In this document: positions 54,112 to 63,219 of the stretch, piece by piece
Layout: each line of letters starts with the position of its first letter
Numbering within the stretch: position 1 is the stretch's first letter
Source: Candidatus Liptonbacteria bacterium
GTDB taxonomy: Bacteria; Patescibacteriota; Minisyncoccia; UBA6257; 2-01-FULL-56-20
Direction of reading: 5' to 3'
NCBI GenBank assembly: GCA_016194445.1
Contig: JACQBP010000010.1
Location: forward strand, 75-64,074
Length of the DNA stretch: 64,000 nucleotides
Notes under the pieces: model-generated
What the model was told of the DNA's origin: nothing
Seen by the model: only the letters and a program-made list of their open reading frames with translations
The model's database searches: none
Made by a program: the position numbers and the translations under genes

Positions 54112-55203
54112 TTACAGCTCTTTCTCGATTTCTTCAAGGATACTGCGAGTTTTGCCACTAACTTTTTTCGGGGCTTTGATGGTGAAATCGACGAGCATGT
54201 CTCCTCGGCCGAAACTGCCGAAGCGGGGCATGCCTTCGTTTTTTATTTTGAGATCATCTTTCAAATTAAAGTGAGATGGGATTTCGGCGTAAATTTTGCC
54301 GCCGGAGATGGTCGGGATTTCGATTTTTTTGCCCAGCAGAAGATCAGAAATTTTTAATTCTTTTTTGACGATTAAATCATCGCCGCGGCGGACGAAGTGG
54401 TTGTGGGGAGTGATTTTCACTCGAATATAAAGGTCGCCCGTGCCCGCGCCGCGCTCACCAGTTTCACCAGCGCCGGTGATTTTGATGATTTGATCGTTTT
54501 GAATGCCGGGAACGATTTCGAAATGGATTTCTCGATCGTTTTGTTTGCGGCCCGAACCGGAGCAGGCGGGGCAAGCTTTGTTGGGAATTTGGCCAAGCCC
54601 CTGGCACTTTTTACACGTTTTGACTTGCATAAAGCTGCCAAAGAAGGTTCGGCTTTGTTCTTTGATTTCACCTTGGCCGTCGCAAGTGGAACATTTGGTA
54701 AAACCGGCGGACTCATCTGCGCCTTTACCTTTGCAAGTCACACACGGAATATAGGTTTTAATTTTGGTTTTTTTGGTCGTGCCGCGAAAAGCTTCTTCGA
54801 GGGTGATTTCGGTTATGAGTTCTAGATCAGAGCCTTTTTGATAAGTTTTGCGGCGAGGTCGAACGCCTATGTTTTCGAAAAAGCTTTCGAAGACATCGTT
54901 TAAGTCGCCAAAGTCGCCGTAGAACGAGCCATCAAAATTGCCGCCTTGGAATCCTTCCCAGCCGCCGGCGCTTTGAGCTCCACTGGCGCCAAAGGGTTCG
55001 GCGGTGCCATAACGGTCATAGTTGGATCGCTTGGTTTTGTCCGAGAGAGTTTGGTAAGCCTCGTTGATTTCTTTGAATTTGCCCTCGTTGCCGCCTTTTT
55101 TATCGGGATGGTGCTCGTGGGCCAGCTTGCGATAAGCTTTTTTGATTTCGTCGTCGGAGGCCGCGCGACTGACACCTAGGATTTTGTAGTAATCTTTTGC
55201 CAT
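54112..55203 (-). CDS. dnaJ: chaperone DnaJ
   Basis: J-domain (YYKILGV...HPDK), G/F region and four CxxCxGxG repeats. Confidence 0.9.
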   Translation of the reverse strand: MAKDYYKILGVSRAASDDEIKKAYRKLAHEHHPDKKGGNEGKFKEINEAYQTLSDKTKRSNYDRYGTAEPFGASGAQSAGGWEGFQGGNFDGSFYGDFGDLNDVFESFFENIGVRPRRKTYQKGSDLELITEITLEEAFRGTTKKTKIKTYIPCVTCKGKGADESAGFTKCSTCDGQGEIKEQSRTFFGSFMQVKTCKKCQGLGQIPNKACPACSGSGRKQNDREIHFEIVPGIQNDQIIKITGAGETGERGAGTGDLYIRVKITPHNHFVRRGDDLIVKKELKISDLLLGKKIEIPTISGGKIYAEIPSHFNLKDDLKIKNEGMPRFGSFGRGDMLVDFTIKAPKKVSGKTRSILEEIEKEL

Positions 55204-55212
55204 ATTGAAAAT

Positions 55213-56208
55213 TTATAAAGTTAAGTTTTCTTTCGTGCGTGTTTCGCCGGAGATGAAAATAAAACCCGCCGTTAAAAGAAGTTGGATGACAAGATAATTG
55301 AGACCAGCGGCGAGAGGCACAAGAATCACGCCTAAACTGCGGATAGTGAGGAAAAGGATGATGGTCCAAACAATGCGAAATTGGTCGCTGAATTGGTTCT
55401 TGATCTGTTCGATCTTAGATGAAACAATTTTATACGCGATGTCGACTAGGTTTTCGCTCCCTTTGTTTTCAATTTTTAATTGTTCGTTGAATTTGGCGAT
55501 GATGCTTTCGATCGCAGCTTGTTTGATTTTTTCTTGATTCGGAACGGGCAGGTTTTTGTATTCGGGGGTTTTTTCAATTTCGGCTTCGGCTAGTTTTGAA
55601 GCAAAGTCGCTAACCGTACCGTTTAAATTAACTTCCGGATAAATTTTACTGACCACGTCTGAGGCCCAGTTAAAAACAGAACCGAATTTAGCGGGGGAGA
55701 TAAAATTCTCTCGAGCGTCAAACTTGGGAAAATAGATAATCGCGGCCATCAAAGCCAGGGCGCTAACAATTTTACTAATCGTGATACGACTGACCCTGAA
55801 ATAACTGGGTTCGAGAGTGTTTGAAACTTCTCGCCGGCCGTTCATTTCTCCCCAAACTAGAAAGAAGAGAGTTAACCCAAAAGCGGTTACAAGCAAACCG
55901 TTCGGCAGATTTAGAAAAAATAAGAAGAGAGCCAGAGCTTCTAGAACTAAAACAAGAGTCCGGCGTTTAAGGCTTTTGATGAGGAGAACCTCGAGGGTGG
56001 AGAGAATGGAGAAGATGATAAGGATTAAGACGGGGATAGGAAAGGTGACTCGGTCGTTTAGAAAGAGGTAGTAGCTTAAACTAAAAAGAGCCGCAGTTAA
56101 AACGGTAAGGGTGTCGAGGACCAGACTCTTGTAGAAACCGCGCGGAGCACTGGCTTTTTCGACAGGCGTTTGATTAATAAAGTTTTCCGGCGGCGGAGAA
56201 AATTTCAT
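55213..56208 (-). CDS. polytopic membrane protein of unknown function inserted between dnaK and dnaJ
   Basis: 331-aa ORF with at least five hydrophobic helices. It is separated from its neighbours by only 9-10 nt on either side. Confidence 0.5.
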   Translation of the reverse strand: MKFSPPPENFINQTPVEKASAPRGFYKSLVLDTLTVLTAALFSLSYYLFLNDRVTFPIPVLILIIFSILSTLEVLLIKSLKRRTLVLVLEALALFLFFLNLPNGLLVTAFGLTLFFLVWGEMNGRREVSNTLEPSYFRVSRITISKIVSALALMAAIIYFPKFDARENFISPAKFGSVFNWASDVVSKIYPEVNLNGTVSDFASKLAEAEIEKTPEYKNLPVPNQEKIKQAAIESIIAKFNEQLKIENKGSENLVDIAYKIVSSKIEQIKNQFSDQFRIVWTIILFLTIRSLGVILVPLAAGLNYLVIQLLLTAGFIFISGETRTKENLTL

Positions 56209-56217
56209 CGCTGATTT

Positions 56218-58083
56218 TTAACTTGGAGTCCCGGGTTCTTTGGGCGGACTCGTATCTTGGGGCTTCTCCTCATTATACATGCTTTGTCCGATTTTTTGAA
56301 TTTCGGCGGAGAGCGTGGTTGAAGCGGATTGAATGGCTTCAAGGTTATTGCCCGCGGTGACTTTTTTGAGCTCCTCGATTTTCTCGGTAATGGATTTCTT
56401 GACGTCTTCGGGAACCTTGTCGCCGGCGTCACGAAGAGATTTTTCGGATAGATAAACTAGACTCTCCGCCTGATTTTTGGCTTCGATTAGGGATTTTTTT
56501 TCGGCGTCCTCGGTGGCGTGCTCGAGCGCTTCTTTTTTGAGTTTTTCGATTTCATCTTTAGAAAGCGCCGTGGAAGCCTCGATCCGAACAGACTGAGATT
56601 TGCCGCTAGCCTTATCAATAGCTTTAACGCTTAAGATGCCGTTTGCATCAATGTCAAAGGTGACTTCGATTTGAGGCAAACCGCGGGGCGAGGGCGGCAG
56701 ACCGTCTAGAATAAATCGAGCGAGGGTTTTGTTGTCCGAAGCTAGCGGCCGTTCGCCTTGGAGGACATGAATTTCGACAGCCGGCTGATTGTCGGCGGCC
56801 GTTGAGAAAATTTGGCTCTTGGAGGTGGGAACGGTGGTGTTTTTTTGGATCATCGGGGTGGCCACGCTACCTAAAGTTTCGATGCTTAACGTAAGAGGCG
56901 TGACGTCTAAAAGTAAAATGTCCTTAACGTCACCCTGGAGGATGCCGCCCTGAATGGCAGCGCCGACAGCCACCACTTCGTCGGGATTTATACCTTGATG
57001 TGGATCTTTACCGAAAAGCTTTTTGACCGCTTCAACGATAGCGGGCATGCGGGTTTGGCCGCCAACTAAAATGACTTCATTGATTTCGCTGAGTTTGAAA
57101 CCAGCGCCTTTCGGAGGGGCGGCGGTGACGGTTTCTTCGGTTAACTTAACCGAGCGATCAATATATTCACGAACCAGTTCTTCGAGTTTGGCTCGCGATA
57201 GCTTCATCGTAAAATGCTTGGGGCCGGAGGCATCCGAGGTGATGTAGGGCAAATTGATTTCGGTTTCGACCGCGACAGAGAGTTCATGCTTGGCGCGCTC
57301 GGCACCTTCCTTGAGACGCTGGAGCGCGAGCGCGTCTTTCGATAGATCAATCCCTGCTTGTTTTTTGTATTCGGCAACGAGATACTCATTGATCTTTTTG
57401 TCAAAATCGTCGCCACCGAGGTGGGTGTCGCCACCAGTGGCTTTAACTTCGACGGTGTTGTCGCCGATTTCTAAAACTGAGATATCAAAAGTGCCACCCC
57501 CAAAATCATAGACGACAATTTTTTCGCTTTTTTGTTTGTCGAGGCCGTAGGCCAGCGCGGCGGCAGTGGGTTCGTTGATGATGCGGTTGACTTTAAGGCC
57601 AGCGATCTCGCCGGCGTTTTTGGTGGCTTGACGTTGCGAGTCATCGAAATAGGCCGGAACGGTAATGACGGCTTCTTCCACTTTTTCGCCGAGTTTGGCT
57701 TCGGCGTCTGTTTTTAATTTTCGAAGAATTTCAGCCGAGATGGCTTCGGGAGAGTACCACCCATCGCCCATCTTGACTTCGACACCGCCCGTCGGACCGG
57801 CTTTAATTTCATACGGGAGCCAGACTTTGTCGCGCTCTATTTCGGGATCGGTAAATTTTCTGCCCATCAGACGTTTAACCGAAAAAATGGTGCCTTTGGG
57901 ATTCGTAACGGCCTGACGTTTGGCCAAAGTGCCGACAATGCGCTCGCCGGCCTTACTCACCGCTACAATCGAGGGGGTAGTGCGGTTACCTTCGGCGTTT
58001 TCCAAAATCTCCGGTTCGCCTCCCTTCATCACGGCGACGGCGGAATTAGTGGTACCGAGATCGATTCCAATTATTTTGCTCAT
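56218..58083 (-). CDS. dnaK: chaperone DnaK (Hsp70)
   Basis: [18 protein letters not shown] and related Hsp70 signatures. Confidence 0.95.
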   Translation of the reverse strand: MSKIIGIDLGTTNSAVAVMKGGEPEILENAEGNRTTPSIVAVSKAGERIVGTLAKRQAVTNPKGTIFSVKRLMGRKFTDPEIERDKVWLPYEIKAGPTGGVEVKMGDGWYSPEAISAEILRKLKTDAEAKLGEKVEEAVITVPAYFDDSQRQATKNAGEIAGLKVNRIINEPTAAALAYGLDKQKSEKIVVYDFGGGTFDISVLEIGDNTVEVKATGGDTHLGGDDFDKKINEYLVAEYKKQAGIDLSKDALALQRLKEGAERAKHELSVAVETEINLPYITSDASGPKHFTMKLSRAKLEELVREYIDRSVKLTEETVTAAPPKGAGFKLSEINEVILVGGQTRMPAIVEAVKKLFGKDPHQGINPDEVVAVGAAIQGGILQGDVKDILLLDVTPLTLSIETLGSVATPMIQKNTTVPTSKSQIFSTAADNQPAVEIHVLQGERPLASDNKTLARFILDGLPPSPRGLPQIEVTFDIDANGILSVKAIDKASGKSQSVRIEASTALSKDEIEKLKKEALEHATEDAEKKSLIEAKNQAESLVYLSEKSLRDAGDKVPEDVKKSITEKIEELKKVTAGNNLEAIQSASTTLSAEIQKIGQSMYNEEKPQDTSPPKEPGTPS

Positions 58084-58181
58084 ATTTATGTTTCTATCTT
58101 GTTTTGCGACTTTTTGGCTACAGAATACGGATTTTTACGAATATACTAAATAATAAGTTAAATTTTTTTTGTATTTCGTAG

Positions 58182-58679
58182 CTAACTTTGACCTTTGGAT
58201 ATCTTGATTCGAGTGGGTCTTAAGATTTTACCATGAAGTCGGTATCCGGGCTCAATGATTTCGACTATCACTCCCGGCGGTTTATCGGATTCGACTTCGG
58301 TAACGGCTTCGGCGAGATTAGGGTCGAAGGGATCACCGGGTTTGACGTTGATTTTTTCCAAGCCCCGCTTCTTTAAAATATCTTCAATCTGGGCGCGGAT
58401 GATATAGATACCTTTTTCGATGGGCCCGGACTTCTCGAGAGCTGCTAGGCCAAGGTCGAAATTATCGATTACGCCGATTAATTCCCGAATCAAATCCTCG
58501 TTGCCGTATTTGGCGATTTCTCCGAGTCGAGCGAACTCTTCTTTCTTATAGTTGATGAAGTCGGCTTTGGCTCTTTGCCAACCGCTTAGATACGTATCTC
58601 TTTCTTCCTGGACTTTGGTGAGTTCATTCTCGGGCTCGTTTGGCTGATCTGGGAATGGATTATTTGGTTCTTCGTTCAT
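58182..58679 (-). CDS. grpE: nucleotide exchange factor GrpE
   Basis: Recognisable GrpE coiled-coil N-terminus and C-terminal beta-domain. It is positioned between hrcA and dnaK. Confidence 0.85.
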   Translation of the reverse strand: MNEEPNNPFPDQPNEPENELTKVQEERDTYLSGWQRAKADFINYKKEEFARLGEIAKYGNEDLIRELIGVIDNFDLGLAALEKSGPIEKGIYIIRAQIEDILKKRGLEKINVKPGDPFDPNLAEAVTEVESDKPPGVIVEIIEPGYRLHGKILRPTRIKISKGQS

Positions 58680-59358
58680 TTAAATTTTTAAGACCTTTAA
58701 AGGTTTTGACGACTTTTTTGTAGTTCATTCTCTTTGGACCAATGGCCAGGATTAAAATATTTTCACCGTCCAGGTAGCATCTTTGAGCGACCACCGCCAA
58801 CTCCCGACTTTCAGTAACCGGACTTTTTTGACCAATGAAAACTTGGATGGGACAAGCTTCGAAAATTTCGTCGTTTAAATTTTCGACTTTTTCGTCTAAT
58901 TCTTCGAAGTCACGAATAATTTCTCTGATTTCATTTTGATTTTCCCAGTCCAATCGATTCAAAAGGGTTTCGAGACCAGTTTTGTAAATCCGATCTTCGT
59001 TTTTTTGCTCCAGCGCTCCTAAAAGACCGAGTTGATTGGAAAAAAGCGTTAAAAAGTTTGGCCAATCGGCGCTTCGGATCGACTGAAGGAAAACTTCGTC
59101 GAGATTCGGTTCACTTTCAACCGCTAAAAGTTTTTCGGCAAAAATTTCGTAAGCCTTGTCACTTGGGACACGGCCGGCGGAATGGTAGGGTTGTTCTAAA
59201 AATCCGGAGTCAGTTAGCGTTTCGAGTTCGTGGCGAATCATGGCGGGTTTAATGCCAAAGTTATATTTTTCGTAAAGCCAGCCCGAAGAAACCGGCGAGC
59301 CGGATTTGATAAAAGATTCGATGACGGCGTTTAAAATGTTTTCGGTGCGTGGATCCAT
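58660..59358 (-). CDS. hrcA: heat-inducible transcription repressor HrcA (short form, 232 aa)
   Basis: N-terminal winged-helix ILNAVIESFIKSGSPVSSGWL. It is the first gene of the hrcA-grpE-dnaK operon. Confidence 0.75.
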   Translation of the reverse strand: MDPRTENILNAVIESFIKSGSPVSSGWLYEKYNFGIKPAMIRHELETLTDSGFLEQPYHSAGRVPSDKAYEIFAEKLLAVESEPNLDEVFLQSIRSADWPNFLTLFSNQLGLLGALEQKNEDRIYKTGLETLLNRLDWENQNEIREIIRDFEELDEKVENLNDEIFEACPIQVFIGQKSPVTESRELAVVAQRCYLDGENILILAIGPKRMNYKKVVKTFKGLKNLNERRTK

Positions 59359-59483
59359 CCCGGTTAGAAAATTAATTTCTTGTTCTGATTCGACAAATTG
59401 ATATTTTCAAATGATTTTAGGTTTATCTCAATAGGTTTAATTTTCTAACGGGATAAATCTTTCTTGAAACTATTATAGGGCGA

Positions 59484-59510
59484 TTAGCAAGGTTGTCAAG
59501 GGACTGCTAA
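59484..59510. promoter_or_regulatory. degenerate CIRCE-like operator TTAGCAAGG-N9-GACTGCTAA upstream of hrcA
   Basis: Matches the CIRCE consensus TTAGCACTC-N9-GAGTGCTAA at the outer TTAGCA/TGCTAA hexamers with the exact 9-nt spacing. It lies ~125-150 nt upstream of the hrcA ATG. Confidence 0.5.
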
Positions 59511-59557
59511 CGAACAGGTTTTAGGTTATAGGTGTTAGGTTTTAGTAAAAACGAAAA

Positions 59558-59585
59558 GGGACGGATTGCTCCGTCCCGTCTTTTG
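59558..59585 (-). terminator. rho-independent terminator of the zinc-finger minigene operon (GGGACGG-attgct-CCGTCCC plus a T-tract on the minus strand)
   Basis: Perfect 7-bp GC stem followed by TTTTCGTTTTT on the minus strand. A-rich on the other side. Confidence 0.6.
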
Positions 59586-59627
59586 GTGTTGAAATCTAAC
59601 TCATAGTTTTGCCAAAACAGTTGCTCC

Positions 59628-59855
59628 TCAGGGAATACCTTCCCCTCTTCTTCTGGGCACCACGCGAAATTGACGTAATCGTACCATGGCTAAGACTCTT
59701 CGATTGGCTAACCTCCTTTCGATCGCTTCTTTTCGAGCTTGAGGACTCCACGCGCCACACTTGTCGCATTTTTCGGGCGACAAGTGCGAGGTTCGACCGC
59801 AGCAGTCACATCGCCATTTATAAGCGGTTGTATCTAAAACACATCCTTCCGCCAT
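59628..59855 (-). CDS. RanBP2/NZF-type zinc-finger miniprotein A (75 aa)
   Basis: WRCDCCGRTSHLSPEKCDKC, i.e. W-x-C-x2-C-x3-S-x6-C-x2-C. A GGAGG ribosome-binding site sits 8 nt upstream. It is fifth in a tandem array of paralogs. Confidence 0.6.
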   Translation of the reverse strand: MAEGCVLDTTAYKWRCDCCGRTSHLSPEKCDKCGAWSPQARKEAIERRLANRRVLAMVRLRQFRVVPRRRGEGIP

Positions 59856-59876
59856 TCTTCTTCCCTCCTTTCTCGA

Positions 59877-60089
59877 TCACTCGATGGTGTTGAGGATTTC
59901 ACCGCTGAATCTGTAAACGCCGCAACGACATCGGCCGACTTTTCTTTGGTTGACGTTACCGCAGTACTTGCATTTCCATTGATCACGCTTTGCACTCGAG
60001 GAGTTATCTCCCGAATCCCTGAGAAGATGAGCCCAGATGAGAGCTCTGATTTCTCGGAGAGTGACGGCGACTCCTTTCCTTTTTTTCAT
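59877..60089 (-). CDS. RanBP2/NZF-type zinc-finger miniprotein B (start taken at the internal Met with an AGGAGG ribosome-binding site; the track ORF extends to 60194)
   Basis: WKCKYCGNVNQRKVGRCRC motif. AGGAGG lies 9 nt upstream of the ATG at 60087-60089. Confidence 0.55.
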   Translation of the reverse strand: MKKRKGVAVTLREIRALIWAHLLRDSGDNSSSAKRDQWKCKYCGNVNQRKVGRCRCGVYRFSGEILNTIE

Positions 60090-60102
60090 CTCAATTACCC
60101 TC

Positions 60103-60327
60103 CTATAGCTGCGGCTTTTCGGTCTGGCACTTACGGCATCTCTTATCTTTGTCGGTGTTGCGCTCGCTGCAGTGTTCGCAGGTCCAACTCGCAATGATTG
60201 GATCTTCGGTTTCCAAGGTTAGCGTCTGTTGATCCTGGTCGGTCTGAGAGAGAGGAAAAAACAAGTAGCAGCGGTTACCGCGGCGAACGTGGATTTCTAC
60301 TGGGGCGTTCGGGTTGCGTTTGGGCAT
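60103..60327 (-). CDS. RanBP2/NZF-type zinc-finger miniprotein C (74 aa)
   Basis: WTCEHCSERNTDKDKRCRKC is an exact match to W-x-C-x2-C-x3-N-x6-C-x2-C. Confidence 0.6.
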   Translation of the reverse strand: MPKRNPNAPVEIHVRRGNRCYLFFPLSQTDQDQQTLTLETEDPIIASWTCEHCSERNTDKDKRCRKCQTEKPQL

Positions 60328-60484
60328 TTTTTCTCTCTTCCGGGATCACCGCTGGCTCTTCGACCGGTCGTTTGCCGTCGCACTTAGGATTTAGGCAGTA
60401 GTTCATGATGATGCCGTTTTCCCGCCTACACTTGGGGCATCGCCAAATAAAAGGTGATACTTTCGACTTGTTTTGCCGCGCCAT
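60275..60484 (-). CDS. RanBP2/NZF-type zinc-finger miniprotein D (69 aa)
   Basis: WRCPKCRRENGIIMNYCLNPKC motif. The start ATG overlaps the upstream stop (TAATG coupling). GAGGTGA ribosome-binding site. Confidence 0.6.
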   Translation of the reverse strand: MARQNKSKVSPFIWRCPKCRRENGIIMNYCLNPKCDGKRPVEEPAVIPEERKNAQTQPERPSRNPRSPR

Positions 60485-60684
60485 TAATCACCTCGCTGGT
60501 TTATACGCGTTGGACGCACATAGAGTCCGATTTCACCTGGGTGAGTCGGACTGGCTACGAGTTTTCCCGTTCCGGGTTTGCTTTTGCCACAGTTACAACA
60601 AATCAAGCGATATCCATGGTTCGTAATCCGACACTCTGGATTCCCACAGCGCCAATTGAAGACCGAGTTGCGTTTTTCTGGCAT
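60484..60684 (-). CDS. RanBP2/NZF-type zinc-finger miniprotein E (66 aa), first gene of the array
   Basis: WRCGNPECRITNHGYRLICCNC motif and a GGAGGT ribosome-binding site. Confidence 0.6.
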   Translation of the reverse strand: MPEKRNSVFNWRCGNPECRITNHGYRLICCNCGKSKPGTGKLVASPTHPGEIGLYVRPTRINQRGD

Positions 60685-60786
60685 ATGACCTCCGTTTTGA
60701 CAGATTGGCTTAATGACAACGTTCTAGCTATAGCTTATCGTTTAGGGGGTTTCTGTCAACTTTTCAAAATATGTTAAACTTAAAGG

Positions 60787-61695
60787 ATGAATAGCATTCA
60801 GGGGAAGGTTAAATGGGTCAATATTTTTAAACCGACAACCGCCGATTTGAGTTGGCTCCGTAAAGAATTAAACCTCCACCGTTTAATCCTAGAAGAGCTG
60901 AAAGGACCATCCTCTAGAGCGCGGGTGGAGGTCAACAAAAATTACCTTTACCTAATCTATTATTTCCCGATTTACGATCCGGTGGAGCGAGTTTCGAAGC
61001 GGAGCGAAATTGATATTTTAGTGACTAAGAGTGAGGTGGTGACGGTATCTTATGAAAAGATCGAAGTTTTTGATGAGCTTACAAAAACTCTAAACAAAAA
61101 TTCCCGAGCGCTGGAGGATAGTTTAAAGCTCACTCACAAAATTATTGATTCCCTTTTGGATTTTCAGCAACGACAGATGATTCACATTCGCGAAAAGTTG
61201 GAAACTGTGAGCGTGGAACTTTTTAAAGAGAAGGAGCGAGAGCGAGAACAGGTGCTCTTGGAACAAATTTCCTATCTGAAGCGAGATATTTCGCAGTACC
61301 GGTTGATTATCAAACCGCAGAAACATATCCTCGAATCTTTTTTCCAAGTCGGTTGCAACTTTTTCAATCAAGCGAATTGCTCTGTCTATATGAATGACTT
61401 GATTGGGGAGCATATGAAGATTACCGATCTGCTCGAAGACTATCGCCAAGCGATTGAAGATTTTGAAGATACAAATAACCAGCTTATCAATATCAAAAAC
61501 AGCCAACTTGTTAAGACCTTCACGATTTTGGCGTTTTTAACTTTCCCGATGATGCTTTTCGCGTCACTTTTTAGCATGAACACGCGTGGGACTCCGATCG
61601 TGAACAACCCGCGGGCTTTTTGGATTGTACTCGGTGTAATGATCATAGCCATGACCGGAATGTTTGCGTATTTTAAAAAGAAAGATTGGCTCTGA
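60787..61695 (+). CDS. corA: CorA-family magnesium transporter, with a SMN variant of the GMN motif
   Basis: Two C-terminal TM helices with FSMNT preceding the loop. N-terminal cytoplasmic domain with coiled coil. Confidence 0.7.
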   Translation: MNSIQGKVKWVNIFKPTTADLSWLRKELNLHRLILEELKGPSSRARVEVNKNYLYLIYYFPIYDPVERVSKRSEIDILVTKSEVVTVSYEKIEVFDELTKTLNKNSRALEDSLKLTHKIIDSLLDFQQRQMIHIREKLETVSVELFKEKEREREQVLLEQISYLKRDISQYRLIIKPQKHILESFFQVGCNFFNQANCSVYMNDLIGEHMKITDLLEDYRQAIEDFEDTNNQLINIKNSQLVKTFTILAFLTFPMMLFASLFSMNTRGTPIVNNPRAFWIVLGVMIIAMTGMFAYFKKKDWL

Positions 61696-61738
61696 AAAAC
61701 TAGGTTTTAGGTTGTAGGTGACAGGTTTTAGATGAGAT

Positions 61739-63151
61739 ATGAAAATTTATTTATTCAATACTTTGAGCGGTAAAAAAGAATTGCTAGTGAAGCCGAAGGG
61801 AAGGCCCTTGCGGCTTTTTGTTTGCGGGCCGACGGTTTATGACGATCCGCATATTGGGAACGGGCGGACCTACGTTTTTTTTGACACGCTTGTAAAATAT
61901 TTGCGCTCGACCGGACTCAAAGTTTTTTATCTCCAAAATATTACCGATATTGACGATAAAATCATCGCTCGCGCTCACGCCGAGAAGGTTTCTTTTTCAA
62001 AAATTGCGGAGACTTATCTCGCGGTTTACTTTCGCGACATGAAAGCTTTAGGCGTAACGGCAGTGACTAAATACGCCAGAGCCACCAAATATATTCCGCA
62101 GATCCAAAAACAAATCGAGGTGCTCTTAAAAAAAGGCTATGCCTATGAAATCGCTAAAGACGGCATCTATTATGATGTTTCCAAATTTCGTGATTACGGC
62201 AAGCTTTCACGACGAACCACCGTTCAAGCCGAGTCGGGCGTGAGTCGAATTGATGAGAGCATTCATAAAAAAAATAAAGCGGACTTTGCTCTTTGGAAAT
62301 TTGGCCATACGAAAGCGCCCATGCAAATTATCAATGGAGAACCGGCATGGCCTTCGCCTTGGGGTCTAGGGCGACCGGGATGGCATATTGAAGACACGGC
62401 AATCACCGAATATTTTTTTGGCCCGCAGTATGACATTCACGGCGGAGCGGTGGATTTAAAATTCCCGCATCACGAGGCGGAAATCGCGCAGCAAGAAGCG
62501 GCTTCCGGAAAAAAACCTTTGGTGAAGATTTGGATGCACGGGGGATTTTTAACTCTGGAGGATCAAAAAATGTCGAAGAGTTTGGGCAACTTTATGACGA
62601 TTGATCAATTTTTAAAGAACACTTCACCTGAAGTATTTAGACTGATGACGCTAAGCCACCATTACCGTTCTCCCCTTAACTATACGGTTAAACTGAATAA
62701 AGAAATGAAACTCAAATGGCTAGCGATCCTGGAATTTTTAGCGAAGGCGGAGGTGGGAGCAAAATCTTCGTTAGTCAAAAAATCACGGGTCAGCAATTTG
62801 GCTAAGTTTGAAAAAGAATTTACTTTGGCTTTGGCGGATGATTTTAACACTCCGGCGGCTTTGGGAATTTTGTTCAAATTTATCGGAGAACTGCAACCGA
62901 AGTTGTGGCAGCTTTCTCGGGTTGAGGCGAAGCAGATTTTAAAGAAAATACGCAAAACCTTAAAAACACTGGGATTTTCTTTTAAATTCCCTCAAATACC
63001 CTTAAAAATTAAAGGATTGGCTCGAGAGCGCGAGAATCTAAGGAAGAATCAACAGTTTGTCCAGTCTGATAGCTTGAGAAAAAAGGCCAATGATTTAGGA
63101 TTTCTAATAGAAGATTCACCACTCGGGCCTTTCGTGTGGCCTAAATCGTGA
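61739..63151 (+). CDS. cysS: cysteinyl-tRNA synthetase
   Basis: HIGN and KMSKS class I motifs (CGPTVYDDPHIGNGRT, KMSKSLGN). Confidence 0.9.
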   Translation: MKIYLFNTLSGKKELLVKPKGRPLRLFVCGPTVYDDPHIGNGRTYVFFDTLVKYLRSTGLKVFYLQNITDIDDKIIARAHAEKVSFSKIAETYLAVYFRDMKALGVTAVTKYARATKYIPQIQKQIEVLLKKGYAYEIAKDGIYYDVSKFRDYGKLSRRTTVQAESGVSRIDESIHKKNKADFALWKFGHTKAPMQIINGEPAWPSPWGLGRPGWHIEDTAITEYFFGPQYDIHGGAVDLKFPHHEAEIAQQEAASGKKPLVKIWMHGGFLTLEDQKMSKSLGNFMTIDQFLKNTSPEVFRLMTLSHHYRSPLNYTVKLNKEMKLKWLAILEFLAKAEVGAKSSLVKKSRVSNLAKFEKEFTLALADDFNTPAALGILFKFIGELQPKLWQLSRVEAKQILKKIRKTLKTLGFSFKFPQIPLKIKGLARERENLRKNQQFVQSDSLRKKANDLGFLIEDSPLGPFVWPKS

Positions 63152-63160
63152 AACTCCCGG

Positions 63161-63200
63161 ACTAATTGAGGAATGGGCAAGTCGATAAGAAGTTCCTCAA
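63161..63200 (+). repeat. conserved stem-loop element, copy 2 (TTGAGGAA-19 nt-TTCCTCAA)
   Basis: Stem, 15/19 loop positions and the CCCGGACTAA 5' flank are all shared with 25643-25688. Confidence 0.6.
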
Positions 63201-63219
63201 ACATGGAACATGAAAAATT

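Noticed and set aside
54397-57511. Numerous 60-140-aa ORFs antisense or overlapping dnaJ/dnaK (e.g. 54397-54825, 57023-57247)
   Set aside because: They lie within highly conserved chaperone genes on the opposite strand or in other frames. They have no motifs and are spurious.
59609-60777. Plus-strand ORFs overlapping the zinc-finger array (59609-59893, 59946-60197, 60198-60401, 60405-60626, 60454-60777)
   Set aside because: They have low-complexity, Arg/Ser/Phe-rich translations without motifs. The minus-strand frames carry a repeated, precisely spaced Cys/Trp/Asn signature and proper ribosome-binding sites.
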